NCBI GenBank assembly: GCA_041615815.1
Contig: JBFJCP010000001.1
Coordinates: forward strand, 128,001-192,000
Length of the DNA stretch: 64,000 nt
Reading direction: 5' to 3'
DNA from: Gemmatimonadales bacterium
Lineage (GTDB): Bacteria > Gemmatimonadota > Gemmatimonadetes > Gemmatimonadales > GWC2-71-9
Shown here: positions 9,659 to 18,541 of the stretch, piece by piece
How positions within the stretch are numbered: the stretch's first letter is position 1
Layout: every line of letters starts with the position of its first letter
Translations under genes and position numbers: made by a program
The notes under the pieces: model-generated
What the model saw: only the letters and a program-made list of their open reading frames with translations
Databases searched by the model: none
What the model was told of the DNA's origin: nothing

Positions 9659-11125
9659 CTAGGGACCCCAAAAGAACGTGATCGGCCGCGGGTCAGCCAC
9701 GCCCTGGAGCGACAATCCCTCCCCAGGCAGTGCGGTCGGGATACTCCGTGTCGGAACCGTCAGGCCGTTGACACTCGAGTCGACGGATTCGTACTGCCGC
9801 CCGCCGGCGCGCAGGCATCCCATCATGTGCTCCATCACATTCTGAAGGTACTGCTGCTTGAAATCACCCTGCTCGCTGACGGAGATCGAGCGGATACCCC
9901 CTTCCGTCACTTCGGGGCCATCCGTGTATCCCTCGTTCTGATAGTCCGACGGCGGAAGCTTCATGTCCACTACGACACCCCGATCGTTGAAGCAAGTGTC
10001 GTACAGGTACAACCGCCCGTCGTGCTCGAGGAAGTTGATACAATGGCCGCCCCCGTAGTTGAGCTGCTCGACCTGCCGGCCATCCTCCGTCTGGGGAGGC
10101 GCTGACCAGAACCGGTAGCGTTGCTGCTCGACGTCGTGGACGATGGATGTCGGCGTCAGCGGAAGCTCCGTGTCATGAAACTCGGACGCGTCTTCCTCCG
10201 GGACCTTCCGCCCGGTTCCCGGCTTCGCGATCACCACCGCGCACCACATGGCGTCGCCATCGTCTGCGACACGCCACTCGAGGAAAAAGCAGCGGCGATG
10301 GACCGCGACACCTTGGCATCCCGCCATGGCCTGGAACATCTTGTTCCACCCCCCACAGTAGCCGCCCTTTGCGAGAATCATCGCGCCGACGTGCCAAGCC
10401 CGAACCGCGTACTCCATCGAGGTGTTTTTGACGTTCGCAATGATCGCGTCACAGATGTCGACGGGACTGGAGAGTCCGGCGGCCCACTCGCACGTCCATT
10501 CCACGATCGGCAAGTACGTCCACTGCCCAACGGGAGAGGGTGTGTTACCCGGTGGTGCAGGGATGCCAAGCCAACGCCACGTGTCCGTGAGTGGTCCACC
10601 CGTCGTGTATACCGTGTGGGTGGAATCTCCGATGGCATCTGGGCCGCTGTCGCCTAAGGCGGACCACTCCCACCAGAGCTGTGTCTTGCCGATTTCGTTG
10701 GGTAGCGGAGCGTCGAGCGTAAACTCGATGGGCTGGGAGAGTCCTGAGGCATCGAAGGAAAGTGTCACATCCGTGCGCGGCGCCACACCGAGTTTGGATA
10801 CGGGGGGCTGCGCCTGCGGAGAAGGTCTGGCCTGAATGGTGAGCTTGCCACCTCCGCCCCCTTCGCCACGCCGGAATGTCACCTGAATCCGAGGCGTCGT
10901 GTTCTTGACATACGCCGCGGGCTCGGAACGCAGCCCCGCAATCCATTCCGGAGTCTTGCCGAGCAAATGATCGACCGGTGGGCGTTGCCATTTCTTCTGG
11001 TTGACCGTCGTCGCGGCCTTCAAGTCAACCCACGTCATGGGAGCGATCATATCGATCGCCCCAGCGTTGCCGGGAAAGGCGAAATGAATGCTATGCAGCG
11101 CGAGTTGTGGTGTACCAGCCGTCAC
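9659..11125 (-). CDS. hypothetical protein with transglutaminase/papain-like Cys-His-Asp core
   Basis: GGYCGGWNKMFQAMAGCQGV (Cys helix), then GHCINF and LYLYD. Order and spacing resemble the transglutaminase-like superfamily. Confidence 0.6.
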   Translation of the reverse strand: MTAGTPQLALHSIHFAFPGNAGAIDMIAPMTWVDLKAATTVNQKKWQRPPVDHLLGKTPEWIAGLRSEPAAYVKNTTPRIQVTFRRGEGGGGGKLTIQARPSPQAQPPVSKLGVAPRTDVTLSFDASGLSQPIEFTLDAPLPNEIGKTQLWWEWSALGDSGPDAIGDSTHTVYTTGGPLTDTWRWLGIPAPPGNTPSPVGQWTYLPIVEWTCEWAAGLSSPVDICDAIIANVKNTSMEYAVRAWHVGAMILAKGGYCGGWNKMFQAMAGCQGVAVHRRCFFLEWRVADDGDAMWCAVVIAKPGTGRKVPEEDASEFHDTELPLTPTSIVHDVEQQRYRFWSAPPQTEDGRQVEQLNYGGGHCINFLEHDGRLYLYDTCFNDRGVVVDMKLPPSDYQNEGYTDGPEVTEGGIRSISVSEQGDFKQQYLQNVMEHMMGCLRAGGRQYESVDSSVNGLTVPTRSIPTALPGEGLSLQGVADPRPITFFWGP

Positions 11126-11254
11126 GGCAACACCTCACGCTCTCTACTCGATCGGCGTCACGTCCTGGACCCACGCTCGGGCCCGGTGCCCGCGGTCTCC
11201 AAATAACGAGGCCATCACACGTTCGCAAGAGGACGAGATCGAGCATGGCACCCC

Positions 11255-11283
11255 TTGACGGTGCGTTGTTACATCCGTATATG
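11255..11283 (+). promoter_or_regulatory. putative sigma70 promoter of the RiPP operon
   Basis: TTGACG-N17-TATATG, 40 nt upstream of the precursor ATG. Confidence 0.45.
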
Positions 11284-11323
11284 GCATTTGGGAAACGTTT
11301 CTCTTCACTCAGGGGGATCAGTC

Positions 11324-11491
11324 ATGACCCGCTTCACCGGCAAGGACCTGATGGTCACCGTACTGCCCGAAAGGGGCTTCGCCGCGGACTGCGACAAGGC
11401 CTGCACGAATCCGGGTTCCGAACGTGTTCGACCCTTCCGAGCGGCGGATCTGGAGGCTCTTCGGCGCGACCTTCGGCTCAGGCTCCGCTGA
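11324..11491 (+). CDS. putative RiPP (lanthipeptide-like) precursor peptide, 55 aa
   Basis: AGGGGG RBS then ATG. Sequence MTRFTGKDLMVTVLPERGFAADCDKACTNPGSERVRPFRAADLEALRRDLRLRLR. First gene upstream of the lyase-like and kinase-LanC genes. Confidence 0.75.
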   Translation: MTRFTGKDLMVTVLPERGFAADCDKACTNPGSERVRPFRAADLEALRRDLRLRLR

Positions 11492-11509
11492 TCAACCCCA
11501 ACATCTGAT

Positions 11510-12754
11510 GTGGGTATTCGGGGGGTGACGGCGATCACCCCCTGGTGCCATGCGAGAACCCAGCGCGTACATGTGTCTGTAGTTCTTCGCCCCGGGTTAT
11601 TGACCCGCGCGTTTCGCGCACCCGCGCAGTACGATCTCGTCTCCGTGGAACGCCTCCCCGTCGACCAGCGACGCATTCTCGATGATCTCATCAGGGTTGG
11701 GTGTCCTGCCGTCCTGCTTCCCCGTGCCGAGAGTGGACACACGATCAAGATGCTGAGCCCGGAGACCACGGAGCTGGTCCGCGCGTTGAAGGAGCCCGGT
11801 CCGCTCCCACCAGGCGCGGTCGATCGCCTGGGCCGGCGGGCGGACGAGACCATTGCTCGGCTGGTCTTGGATGATATGCTCGAGATCGAGACGCACAGCG
11901 GCTTTGTGAGTGGCGTGGCAGCGAGTGAGGTCGTCCTGCAGATCGAGGACCCCGAGGCACCAGAAGGTCTCCTCAGCGAGCTGTCGTGGTCCGCCCTACA
12001 GTTTGGACAGGCGATGGAACTCGGTGAGCCTCTCGCCCTCGCCCGACGGCTGTACGGATACAACGCCGTTCCAGCGTCACCCCGCTACCGCCATCGTTTT
12101 CCAACGACCCGTGCCGTGGCCGAGTTTCTCGGTCTCGACGGCTTTGGCGCGAGCCTGCAACTCGTGGAGTCCGGTAGCGAACGCACCGTCGATTGGCGAC
12201 ACGGTGGCGCGTGGTGGTCCTGGTTGGCCGGCGACGCGGACGCGGTTCCGACCGGTCGACAGGTCTACAAGCTGTATGTGAGTCCTGAAGTCGAACAGTT
12301 GCGGGACGCGTTCCACACCGTCATCGGCACGATCGGGAAGGACGGCCCCTTCTGTTTCAAGGTCGGGCGGGATCTCCTCGGGATCTTGAGACCGGACAAA
12401 CTCGTGGCGTATTTCGCCCACCAGGAGCAACTCCAGGCGGCGTCCGAGAGGCTCAGCGACGAGCTCGACGGCATGCGCCCCCAGGGCGTCCCTTTCACGG
12501 CCGATGCCGGCGCCAACGGCCTGCTGTCGTGGGCCGTCGACCCTCCGCGCGACGACTGGTCACCGCAGTGGTACCGAGACCGGAGCTGGCGGATGTGGAT
12601 CACCCATCTGCTGGCTGCATCGCTGCATGCGGCACGAATGACCGCGCGGGCCCCGCTCCCGCCGTGGCACTTTGCGCAGGTGCGCGTGGCCCTTGAAGGC
12701 GTCAACCCCCAGACATGGGCCCCCACACCGGGGCCGTGGCATCTTGCGGCGTAG
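11510..12754 (+). CDS. HopA1/OspF-like phospho-Ser/Thr lyase (LanY-like) with putative N-terminal RRE
   Basis: YKLYVSP, CFKVG, RPDKLVAYF and GVPFT..GLLSWAVDPP..SWR motifs. Start uncertain (GTG 11510 or TTG 11600). Confidence 0.65.
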   Translation: MGIRGVTAITPWCHARTQRVHVSVVLRPGLLTRAFRAPAQYDLVSVERLPVDQRRILDDLIRVGCPAVLLPRAESGHTIKMLSPETTELVRALKEPGPLPPGAVDRLGRRADETIARLVLDDMLEIETHSGFVSGVAASEVVLQIEDPEAPEGLLSELSWSALQFGQAMELGEPLALARRLYGYNAVPASPRYRHRFPTTRAVAEFLGLDGFGASLQLVESGSERTVDWRHGGAWWSWLAGDADAVPTGRQVYKLYVSPEVEQLRDAFHTVIGTIGKDGPFCFKVGRDLLGILRPDKLVAYFAHQEQLQAASERLSDELDGMRPQGVPFTADAGANGLLSWAVDPPRDDWSPQWYRDRSWRMWITHLLAASLHAARMTARAPLPPWHFAQVRVALEGVNPQTWAPTPGPWHLAA

Positions 12755-12763
12755 GAAGGTGCC

Positions 12764-15166
12764 GTGCTAGTCGCGGAGCCGTTGATCTTGCCGGAGGACG
12801 TTCTGATCGTTCCCGTGGCGGATCTCGCGCCCGAGGCGCGACGGAAACTTCAGAGCGATCTCGGAAGGTTCGCGGTGACGCGGCCCCGCTCCCGAGCACC
12901 CTCGATGGTCGTCGACGAGGGAGCCGCGGATCTGTTGCAGATGTTTCGCTCGGCAAGTGCGATCAACGACGTCATCCTGCGGTACAGTCGCGCGCGGCAG
13001 CTCGATCCCGAAGAGGTACTCGAGGGCGTGTTCCCGATCCTCAGCGGCTGCATCGCTTCGCAGTTTCTCGTTCCAGCCAATACACCGGAAGCGGACCGAA
13101 TTCTCCCGATCCTGAACTTGGACAGTCACGCCGGCCCCTTCGAGTTGATCCGGTGCGTCCAAGTCTTCGAGGACACCGAGGTGTATCAGGTGAAGACGCG
13201 AGCCGGATCGCTGGCGGCGCTGAAACTGTCTCGATCCAAGGGCGTTGCGACGCGGCGGCTGCTCGAGCGTGAGGCCGCGATTCTGAATCGTCTCGATGGG
13301 ACTACGACACCCGCCGTGGTTGGCGCTGGTGCCGTGCATGACCACCCGTATTTGGCCATAGAATGGCGGAGTGGGGTATCGGCACTCGTTGCGGCCCACG
13401 AATACCGCAACGACCCGCCGAAGTACCGGTCAGACCTCTTGATGCGTCTGTGCCACGGCGTCCTTCGCGCCTACGAACATGTGCACCGGCAGGGCGTCGT
13501 GCATGCCGACGTCCATCCGGGGAACATCATGATCGGACCGGACGGACGCGTCACCCTGCTCGATTTCGGGCTCGCACGAGCGGATGACGGTCCTCCCCAG
13601 TGGCGCACCGCTCCGCGCGGTGGCGTGGCGCCCTTTTACGAGCCTGAATTTGCCAACGCGCGGCTCGCCGGCGGCACGCTTCCGCAGGCCACATTCGTGG
13701 GCGAGCAATACGTGCTCGCGGCGTTGCTCTATCTGCTCCTCACGGGCCACCACTACGTGGATTTCTCGCTGACCGCTGACGAAGCGTTTGCACAGATTGC
13801 CCGGCAGAATCCCTTGCCTTTTTCGGTGCAGGGGGTTCCGCCATGGCCAGACGTGGAGCGGGTGCTGAGCGCGGCCTTGGCCAAGGAGCCGCGCGCACGG
13901 TTTCCCACGGTACAGGCCTTTGCCGCGGCGCTGCGTGGGGCGATGGATGCGGCCGCTCCGATCGCACCCGTCCCCAGTCCAGCTCGGCGAAGCCCCACCG
14001 ACGTGTTACTCGATCGCGTCGCCCGGAAGCTGGACCCGGCAGCCAAGCCGTATGCGCGCGGTCTTCAGGCGCCCCCGCAGGCATCCATCACGTACGGAGC
14101 AAGCGGGTTGGCCATTGCGGCGTACCGCTTGGCATGCATCCGATCGGATCCTCGAGCGCTCGCGGTAGCCGATGCCTGGCACACGCGGGCGGTGAACGAC
14201 ATGCGCTCCAGCCGGGCGTTTTACAACGCAGCCATCGGCGTCACGCGGGAAATCGTTGGCGAGACGTCGCCGTATCATACGGCGAGCGGCGTGCACGCTG
14301 CCGGGGTCTTGATCGGTGTGCTCCGGGGAGATGTGGCCGCAGTCCACGAAAGCGTAAGAGGTTTTGTCAGTGCGTCCGAACCGCTCGCCGCCCGTATCGA
14401 CCTGACGCTGGGGCGCGCGGGCACCTTGCTGGCGTGCAGCCTCTTGCTCGATGCACTGCCGCCCGAGTTCGCGGACGAGCGCACCCTTATGATGCACTTG
14501 GGAGGCCGAACCGCACGGACCATTCGCGAAAGCCTCGCGTCGTATGGGCCCATTCCTGAGTGTGTTCAGCTGCGCAGCCTTGGGATGGCGCATGGGTGGG
14601 CGGGTGTCCTCTTCAGTCTGCTGCGGTGGTATCGGGTATCTTCCGCTGGCCCGCCCCCCGAATTCGAGGCTTGGCTCTCCGAGCTTGCGGCGCAGGGGGA
14701 ATTGGCGGGACGGGGAATGCGTTGGCGCATGCGGACCGAGGGCCCGGATCTGGATCACCGTTCGTATATGAACGGGTGGTGTAATGGATCGGCTGGCCAC
14801 CTCTATCTGTGGACGCTGGCTCACCGCATGTTCGGTGTCGACGAGCACGCGGCGTTGGCCGAGCAAGTGGCGTGGAACGTTTGGGAGGAGCGCGGGTCGA
14901 TACCGACGCTCTGCTGCGGATTGGGAGGACAGGCGTACGCACTCCTCAAGTACTACCAGCATACCGGCGACCGAAGATGGTTGGTGAAGGCGCAGCACTT
15001 AGCGAGCATGGCGGCTGAGGAGTGCTTGAAGGAACAGGCGGTACCGTGGGAACCGTACCGCATGAGCCTGTTCAAAGGCGAGGTCGGAGTCGCCGTGTTG
15101 GCGGCGGATATATCACGCCCCGAAGGGGCGTCGATGCCGTTCTTTGACGAGGAGGGATGGTCCTAG
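12764..15166 (+). CDS. RRE + Ser/Thr kinase + LanC-like cyclase fusion (lanthionine synthetase lacking a lyase domain)
   Basis: Kinase motifs AALK, HADVHPGN and DFG. LanC motifs YGASG, LGRAG, GMAHG, WCNG, LCCG and SLFKG. AGGAAGG RBS. Confidence 0.85.
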   Translation: MLVAEPLILPEDVLIVPVADLAPEARRKLQSDLGRFAVTRPRSRAPSMVVDEGAADLLQMFRSASAINDVILRYSRARQLDPEEVLEGVFPILSGCIASQFLVPANTPEADRILPILNLDSHAGPFELIRCVQVFEDTEVYQVKTRAGSLAALKLSRSKGVATRRLLEREAAILNRLDGTTTPAVVGAGAVHDHPYLAIEWRSGVSALVAAHEYRNDPPKYRSDLLMRLCHGVLRAYEHVHRQGVVHADVHPGNIMIGPDGRVTLLDFGLARADDGPPQWRTAPRGGVAPFYEPEFANARLAGGTLPQATFVGEQYVLAALLYLLLTGHHYVDFSLTADEAFAQIARQNPLPFSVQGVPPWPDVERVLSAALAKEPRARFPTVQAFAAALRGAMDAAAPIAPVPSPARRSPTDVLLDRVARKLDPAAKPYARGLQAPPQASITYGASGLAIAAYRLACIRSDPRALAVADAWHTRAVNDMRSSRAFYNAAIGVTREIVGETSPYHTASGVHAAGVLIGVLRGDVAAVHESVRGFVSASEPLAARIDLTLGRAGTLLACSLLLDALPPEFADERTLMMHLGGRTARTIRESLASYGPIPECVQLRSLGMAHGWAGVLFSLLRWYRVSSAGPPPEFEAWLSELAAQGELAGRGMRWRMRTEGPDLDHRSYMNGWCNGSAGHLYLWTLAHRMFGVDEHAALAEQVAWNVWEERGSIPTLCCGLGGQAYALLKYYQHTGDRRWLVKAQHLASMAAEECLKEQAVPWEPYRMSLFKGEVGVAVLAADISRPEGASMPFFDEEGWS

Positions 15167-15310
15167 CGACCGCACCATGTCCAAGCCCGAGCCGAAATCC
15201 CTCGAATGGATGCCGGAACCCGGGATTGGGTGTGATAGATCCTGCAATTGACTGAACCTATATTGAGCCGCGCTGTCGCTCCTCGCTCGGCAGCGTACTG
15301 AAACCTGCGG

Positions 15311-18280
15311 ATGCTCGAAACACTCCGAACGGCGCTGAAGGGTCGCTACGAAGTCGATCGCGAGCTTGGTCGCGGCGGCATGGCCACGGTCTTTTTGGCC
15401 AAGGACCTGCGGCACGACCGACCGGTGGCCATCAAAGTGCTGCGGAGCGAACTCGCGGCGGCGTTGGGTCCAGAGCGGTTCCAACAAGAAATACGAGTTG
15501 CTGCCGGGTTGTCCCACCCCAATATCCTTGCGCTGTACGACTCGGGGGAGGCCAACGGTCTCCTTTACTACGTGATGCCGTTCGTCGAAGGGGAAAGCCT
15601 CGGCGACCGGTTGGCCCGCGAGACCCAACTGTCGATCGACGAGGCGCTGGCGATCACGCGGCAGGTCGCGCAAGCGCTGCACTACGCGCACGAGCGTGGG
15701 ATCGTTCACCGGGACGTCAAGCCGGACAACATCATGCTGCAGGGCGATCAGGCTCTCGTCGCGGACTTTGGCATTGCCCGAGCCGTCGACTCCCTGTCTC
15801 AGACGCGTCTCACGTCGACCGGCATCGTGATGGGCACGCCCGCGTACATGAGCCCGGAACAAGCAGCCGCGGAGAGCGACCTCGATGCCCGCAGCGACGT
15901 GTACAGTCTGGCCTGTGTGCTGTACGAGATGCTGAGCGGGGAAACACCGTTCCGGGGGACAACCGCACGGGCGATGCTCGCGCGGCATGCAGTGGAGCCG
16001 CCGCCGAGTGTTCGCGTGGTCCGCCCCACAGTCCCGGACGCCGTACAGTTCGCGATCGTCAAAGCGATGGCCAAGCTGCCGGCAGACCGATACGCGACGG
16101 CGTACGAGTTTGCGGAAGCGTTGGCCGGACAGACGGGATCGTATGCCGTCAGCGGTCCCCGCCGTCGCGTCCCGAAGCGTATCGTGGCGAGTGCGGCCGC
16201 GGCGGCGCTGGCCGTCATCGCCATCACCACCGTCTTGATCACGGGTCGCAGCGCCGACGTCCCCCCGTCGGATTCCGACCTGATCGCCGTCATGCCATTC
16301 CAGACAGCGAGCGCGCTCGATCCGTCGCTCGGCGCACTCAGCGAAGGGATGCTCGAGTTGTTCTACACACGACTGGGTGGGGGAGGAGCGCTGCGTGCCG
16401 TTTCTCCCAGCAAAGCGCTCAGCGCGTTCCGTCGAGCCTTGGAGGCAGCGGATGAGGAACCGGAGGAGGCCGGCTTGCGCGCCGCCGCCGAGCTCGGTGC
16501 CGGGCGGCTGCTGACCGGTAACATCTCGAGCATCGGTGGGCGGCTGTTTCTTCGTGCCTCGTTGGTCGCTGTCCCAAGCGGCGAGCACATGATCGACGTG
16601 CAGGCAAACGGTGTCCCTGACAGTCTCCTCGCCCTCGTCGACCAACTTGCTGCGAGACTGCTCGTGCGGAGTGCTGGCGAATCCGATGTTCTGCTCAGTC
16701 AGCTGCTCACGACCGATCTGGGCGCGCTGCAGGATTACCTCGATGGTCAAGCGGCCTATAACCGCGGCGAGTACGTGCGAGCAGTGAGCTCGTATCGCGA
16801 TGCCATGGCCAAGGATTCCACATTCGCGCTGGCGGCGCTCGGCATGGCCGCAGCGGAAGATTTTCTTCCCGTCCTGCAGGCACAGGAAGGGCTGCCGCTC
16901 GCGTGGAGAGCGCGCGAGCGGCTGGGAGCCCGCGACGCCGCCTATCTGACGGCGCTCGCTGGGCCCCGCTACCCGGCGCACTCGTCGTTCGCGGAACAGA
17001 TCACGGCCTGGCAGCAGGCCACCCATCTACTCGCGGACCGGAAAGAACCCTGGTATCAAATGGGCAATCTGCTCCTCGAGTGGGGGGCGGCGGTGGGCCT
17101 GACGGACGCGCAGGAGCGGGCCCAAGAGGCTCTCGAACAGGCGGTGGAGCTCGACTCCGCGTTTACGCCGGCGCTGGGTCATCTGTTGGAGATCGCCGCC
17201 CGCCGCGGCGACACGGCGGCCGTGCGACGCATCGCACCGCGTGTGCTCGCCGGCGGGCACGGGGATCTGGACGACTACTATCGGTGGCGGGTCGCGCTGG
17301 CGCTGGGAGACTCTGCCACCCTCCGTGGCTTGCGCCTTCGGTTCGCCGAACTCGAACCTCGCGCCCTCGATCGCATTCTCGGGGTGGCTCAACTGGATGG
17401 TGTGGGCCTCGAAGATGCGCTGCCGGCGGCCGAGAGTTATCGCGCGCAAAGCCGGCGACCCAATGAAGTCCGCTGGGCTTCTGACAAGCTTCGGTCCTTG
17501 GCCCTGAATCGCGGCAGGCCACGGGAAGCCATGAAGTATGACAGCCTGATCGAGGAGATCCGAGTGCCCGAATGGGACCGCGGCCCGTTCGTCCAAGTGA
17601 TCCACGCCCTGTATTGGGGAGGCGACACCGCGCGGGCGCGGGCGAACGTCGAGCGGCGGGCTCCCATTGCCGACGCGGTTCAGGAACCGCGCGATCCGTT
17701 CGCACGAGAGTACTTCGACATTTGCGCCGTGAACCTCTGGCGCGTGTCACGGGGGGACCTGACCCCGGTCAGGCGGAGCATTCGTCGCTTGGTCGACGCG
17801 ATGACGGTGATGGACACGATGCCGCGGCAGCGCGGAGGACCACGTGGTGACCTCCAGATGGGCCATATCCCGATATGTTCTGCCCTGCTGGATGCCCAAC
17901 TGGCAGCGGCCGAGCGCTCGGATCGCGCGCCTGCAGCGCTCGCCCACCTGGATTCCCTGATGCGCTCCGGGCCCCAGGCCGTGAGTTGGATCACGGTCGC
18001 CGCGCACCTGTCCACCGCCTGGCTGTTCGAAGCACGCGGGGATATCCGGGCCGCACTGGCAGCCGTTCGGCGGCGTTCGTACCAGTTCGATCGGGGGACG
18101 ATCGGCCTCTCGACCTTCCTGCGCGAGGAAGGACGGTTGGCCGCGATGGTCGGCGACACGGCCGCGGCCATCCGCGCGTACGATCACTATCTCAGGTTAC
18201 GGGAGAAGCACGAACCGGCGGTGGCCCACGAGGTCGCGCAGGTGCGACAGGAATTGGCGGGACTGGTCCGCGAGCCCTAG
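15311..18280 (+). CDS. Hanks-type Ser/Thr protein kinase with TM helix and TolB-N/TPR-like extracytoplasmic region
   Basis: LGRGGMATV, AIK, HRDVKPDN, DFGIA and GTPAYMSPEQ; hydrophobic segment near aa 290-310; helical repeats follow. Confidence 0.9.
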   Translation: MLETLRTALKGRYEVDRELGRGGMATVFLAKDLRHDRPVAIKVLRSELAAALGPERFQQEIRVAAGLSHPNILALYDSGEANGLLYYVMPFVEGESLGDRLARETQLSIDEALAITRQVAQALHYAHERGIVHRDVKPDNIMLQGDQALVADFGIARAVDSLSQTRLTSTGIVMGTPAYMSPEQAAAESDLDARSDVYSLACVLYEMLSGETPFRGTTARAMLARHAVEPPPSVRVVRPTVPDAVQFAIVKAMAKLPADRYATAYEFAEALAGQTGSYAVSGPRRRVPKRIVASAAAAALAVIAITTVLITGRSADVPPSDSDLIAVMPFQTASALDPSLGALSEGMLELFYTRLGGGGALRAVSPSKALSAFRRALEAADEEPEEAGLRAAAELGAGRLLTGNISSIGGRLFLRASLVAVPSGEHMIDVQANGVPDSLLALVDQLAARLLVRSAGESDVLLSQLLTTDLGALQDYLDGQAAYNRGEYVRAVSSYRDAMAKDSTFALAALGMAAAEDFLPVLQAQEGLPLAWRARERLGARDAAYLTALAGPRYPAHSSFAEQITAWQQATHLLADRKEPWYQMGNLLLEWGAAVGLTDAQERAQEALEQAVELDSAFTPALGHLLEIAARRGDTAAVRRIAPRVLAGGHGDLDDYYRWRVALALGDSATLRGLRLRFAELEPRALDRILGVAQLDGVGLEDALPAAESYRAQSRRPNEVRWASDKLRSLALNRGRPREAMKYDSLIEEIRVPEWDRGPFVQVIHALYWGGDTARARANVERRAPIADAVQEPRDPFAREYFDICAVNLWRVSRGDLTPVRRSIRRLVDAMTVMDTMPRQRGGPRGDLQMGHIPICSALLDAQLAAAERSDRAPAALAHLDSLMRSGPQAVSWITVAAHLSTAWLFEARGDIRAALAAVRRRSYQFDRGTIGLSTFLREEGRLAAMVGDTAAAIRAYDHYLRLREKHEPAVAHEVAQVRQELAGLVREP

Positions 18281-18389
18281 ACGCGTGTTGGGGTTTCCAT
18301 CCACGGCCGCGCGCTGGTTCAGCCGCCTCGCCGATGCTCCCAGCACCGAGTGCCAAAGCTCCAGCACGTCATTAGATTCCGCCTCCCGA

Positions 18390-18472
18390 GCCCGAGTGGC
18401 GGAATGGCAGACGCGCCGGACTCAAAATCCGGTGGGGGCAACCCCGTGAGAGTTCGACTCTCTCCTCGGGCA
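18390..18472 (+). tRNA. tRNA-Leu (anticodon CAA)
   Basis: Acceptor GCCCGAG/CTCGGGC-A, D-loop GGAATGGCAGA, anticodon arm CCGGA-CTCAAAA-TCCGG, long variable arm, GTTCGA T-loop. CCA not encoded. Confidence 0.95.
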
Positions 18473-18484
18473 TTCACGAAAAGA

Positions 18485-18503
18485 GGGTAGCGCAGCGCTA
18501 CCC
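18485..18503 (+). terminator. hairpin downstream of tRNA-Leu
   Basis: GGGTAGCG-cag-CGCTACCC. Confidence 0.4.
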
Positions 18504-18541
18504 CCGTGAGCCTCAGCTAACGTTACCATCGTCCCTGGCCC

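Noticed and set aside
12764..15166. Ordinary class IV LanL or class II LanM call
   Set aside because: There is no room or motif for an N-terminal lyase or LanM dehydratase domain, and lyase-like motifs are in the separate upstream gene.
15311..18280. Second kinase as part of the RiPP cluster
   Set aside because: It is a canonical membrane signalling kinase separated by a 144-bp gap; adjacency alone is not evidence.
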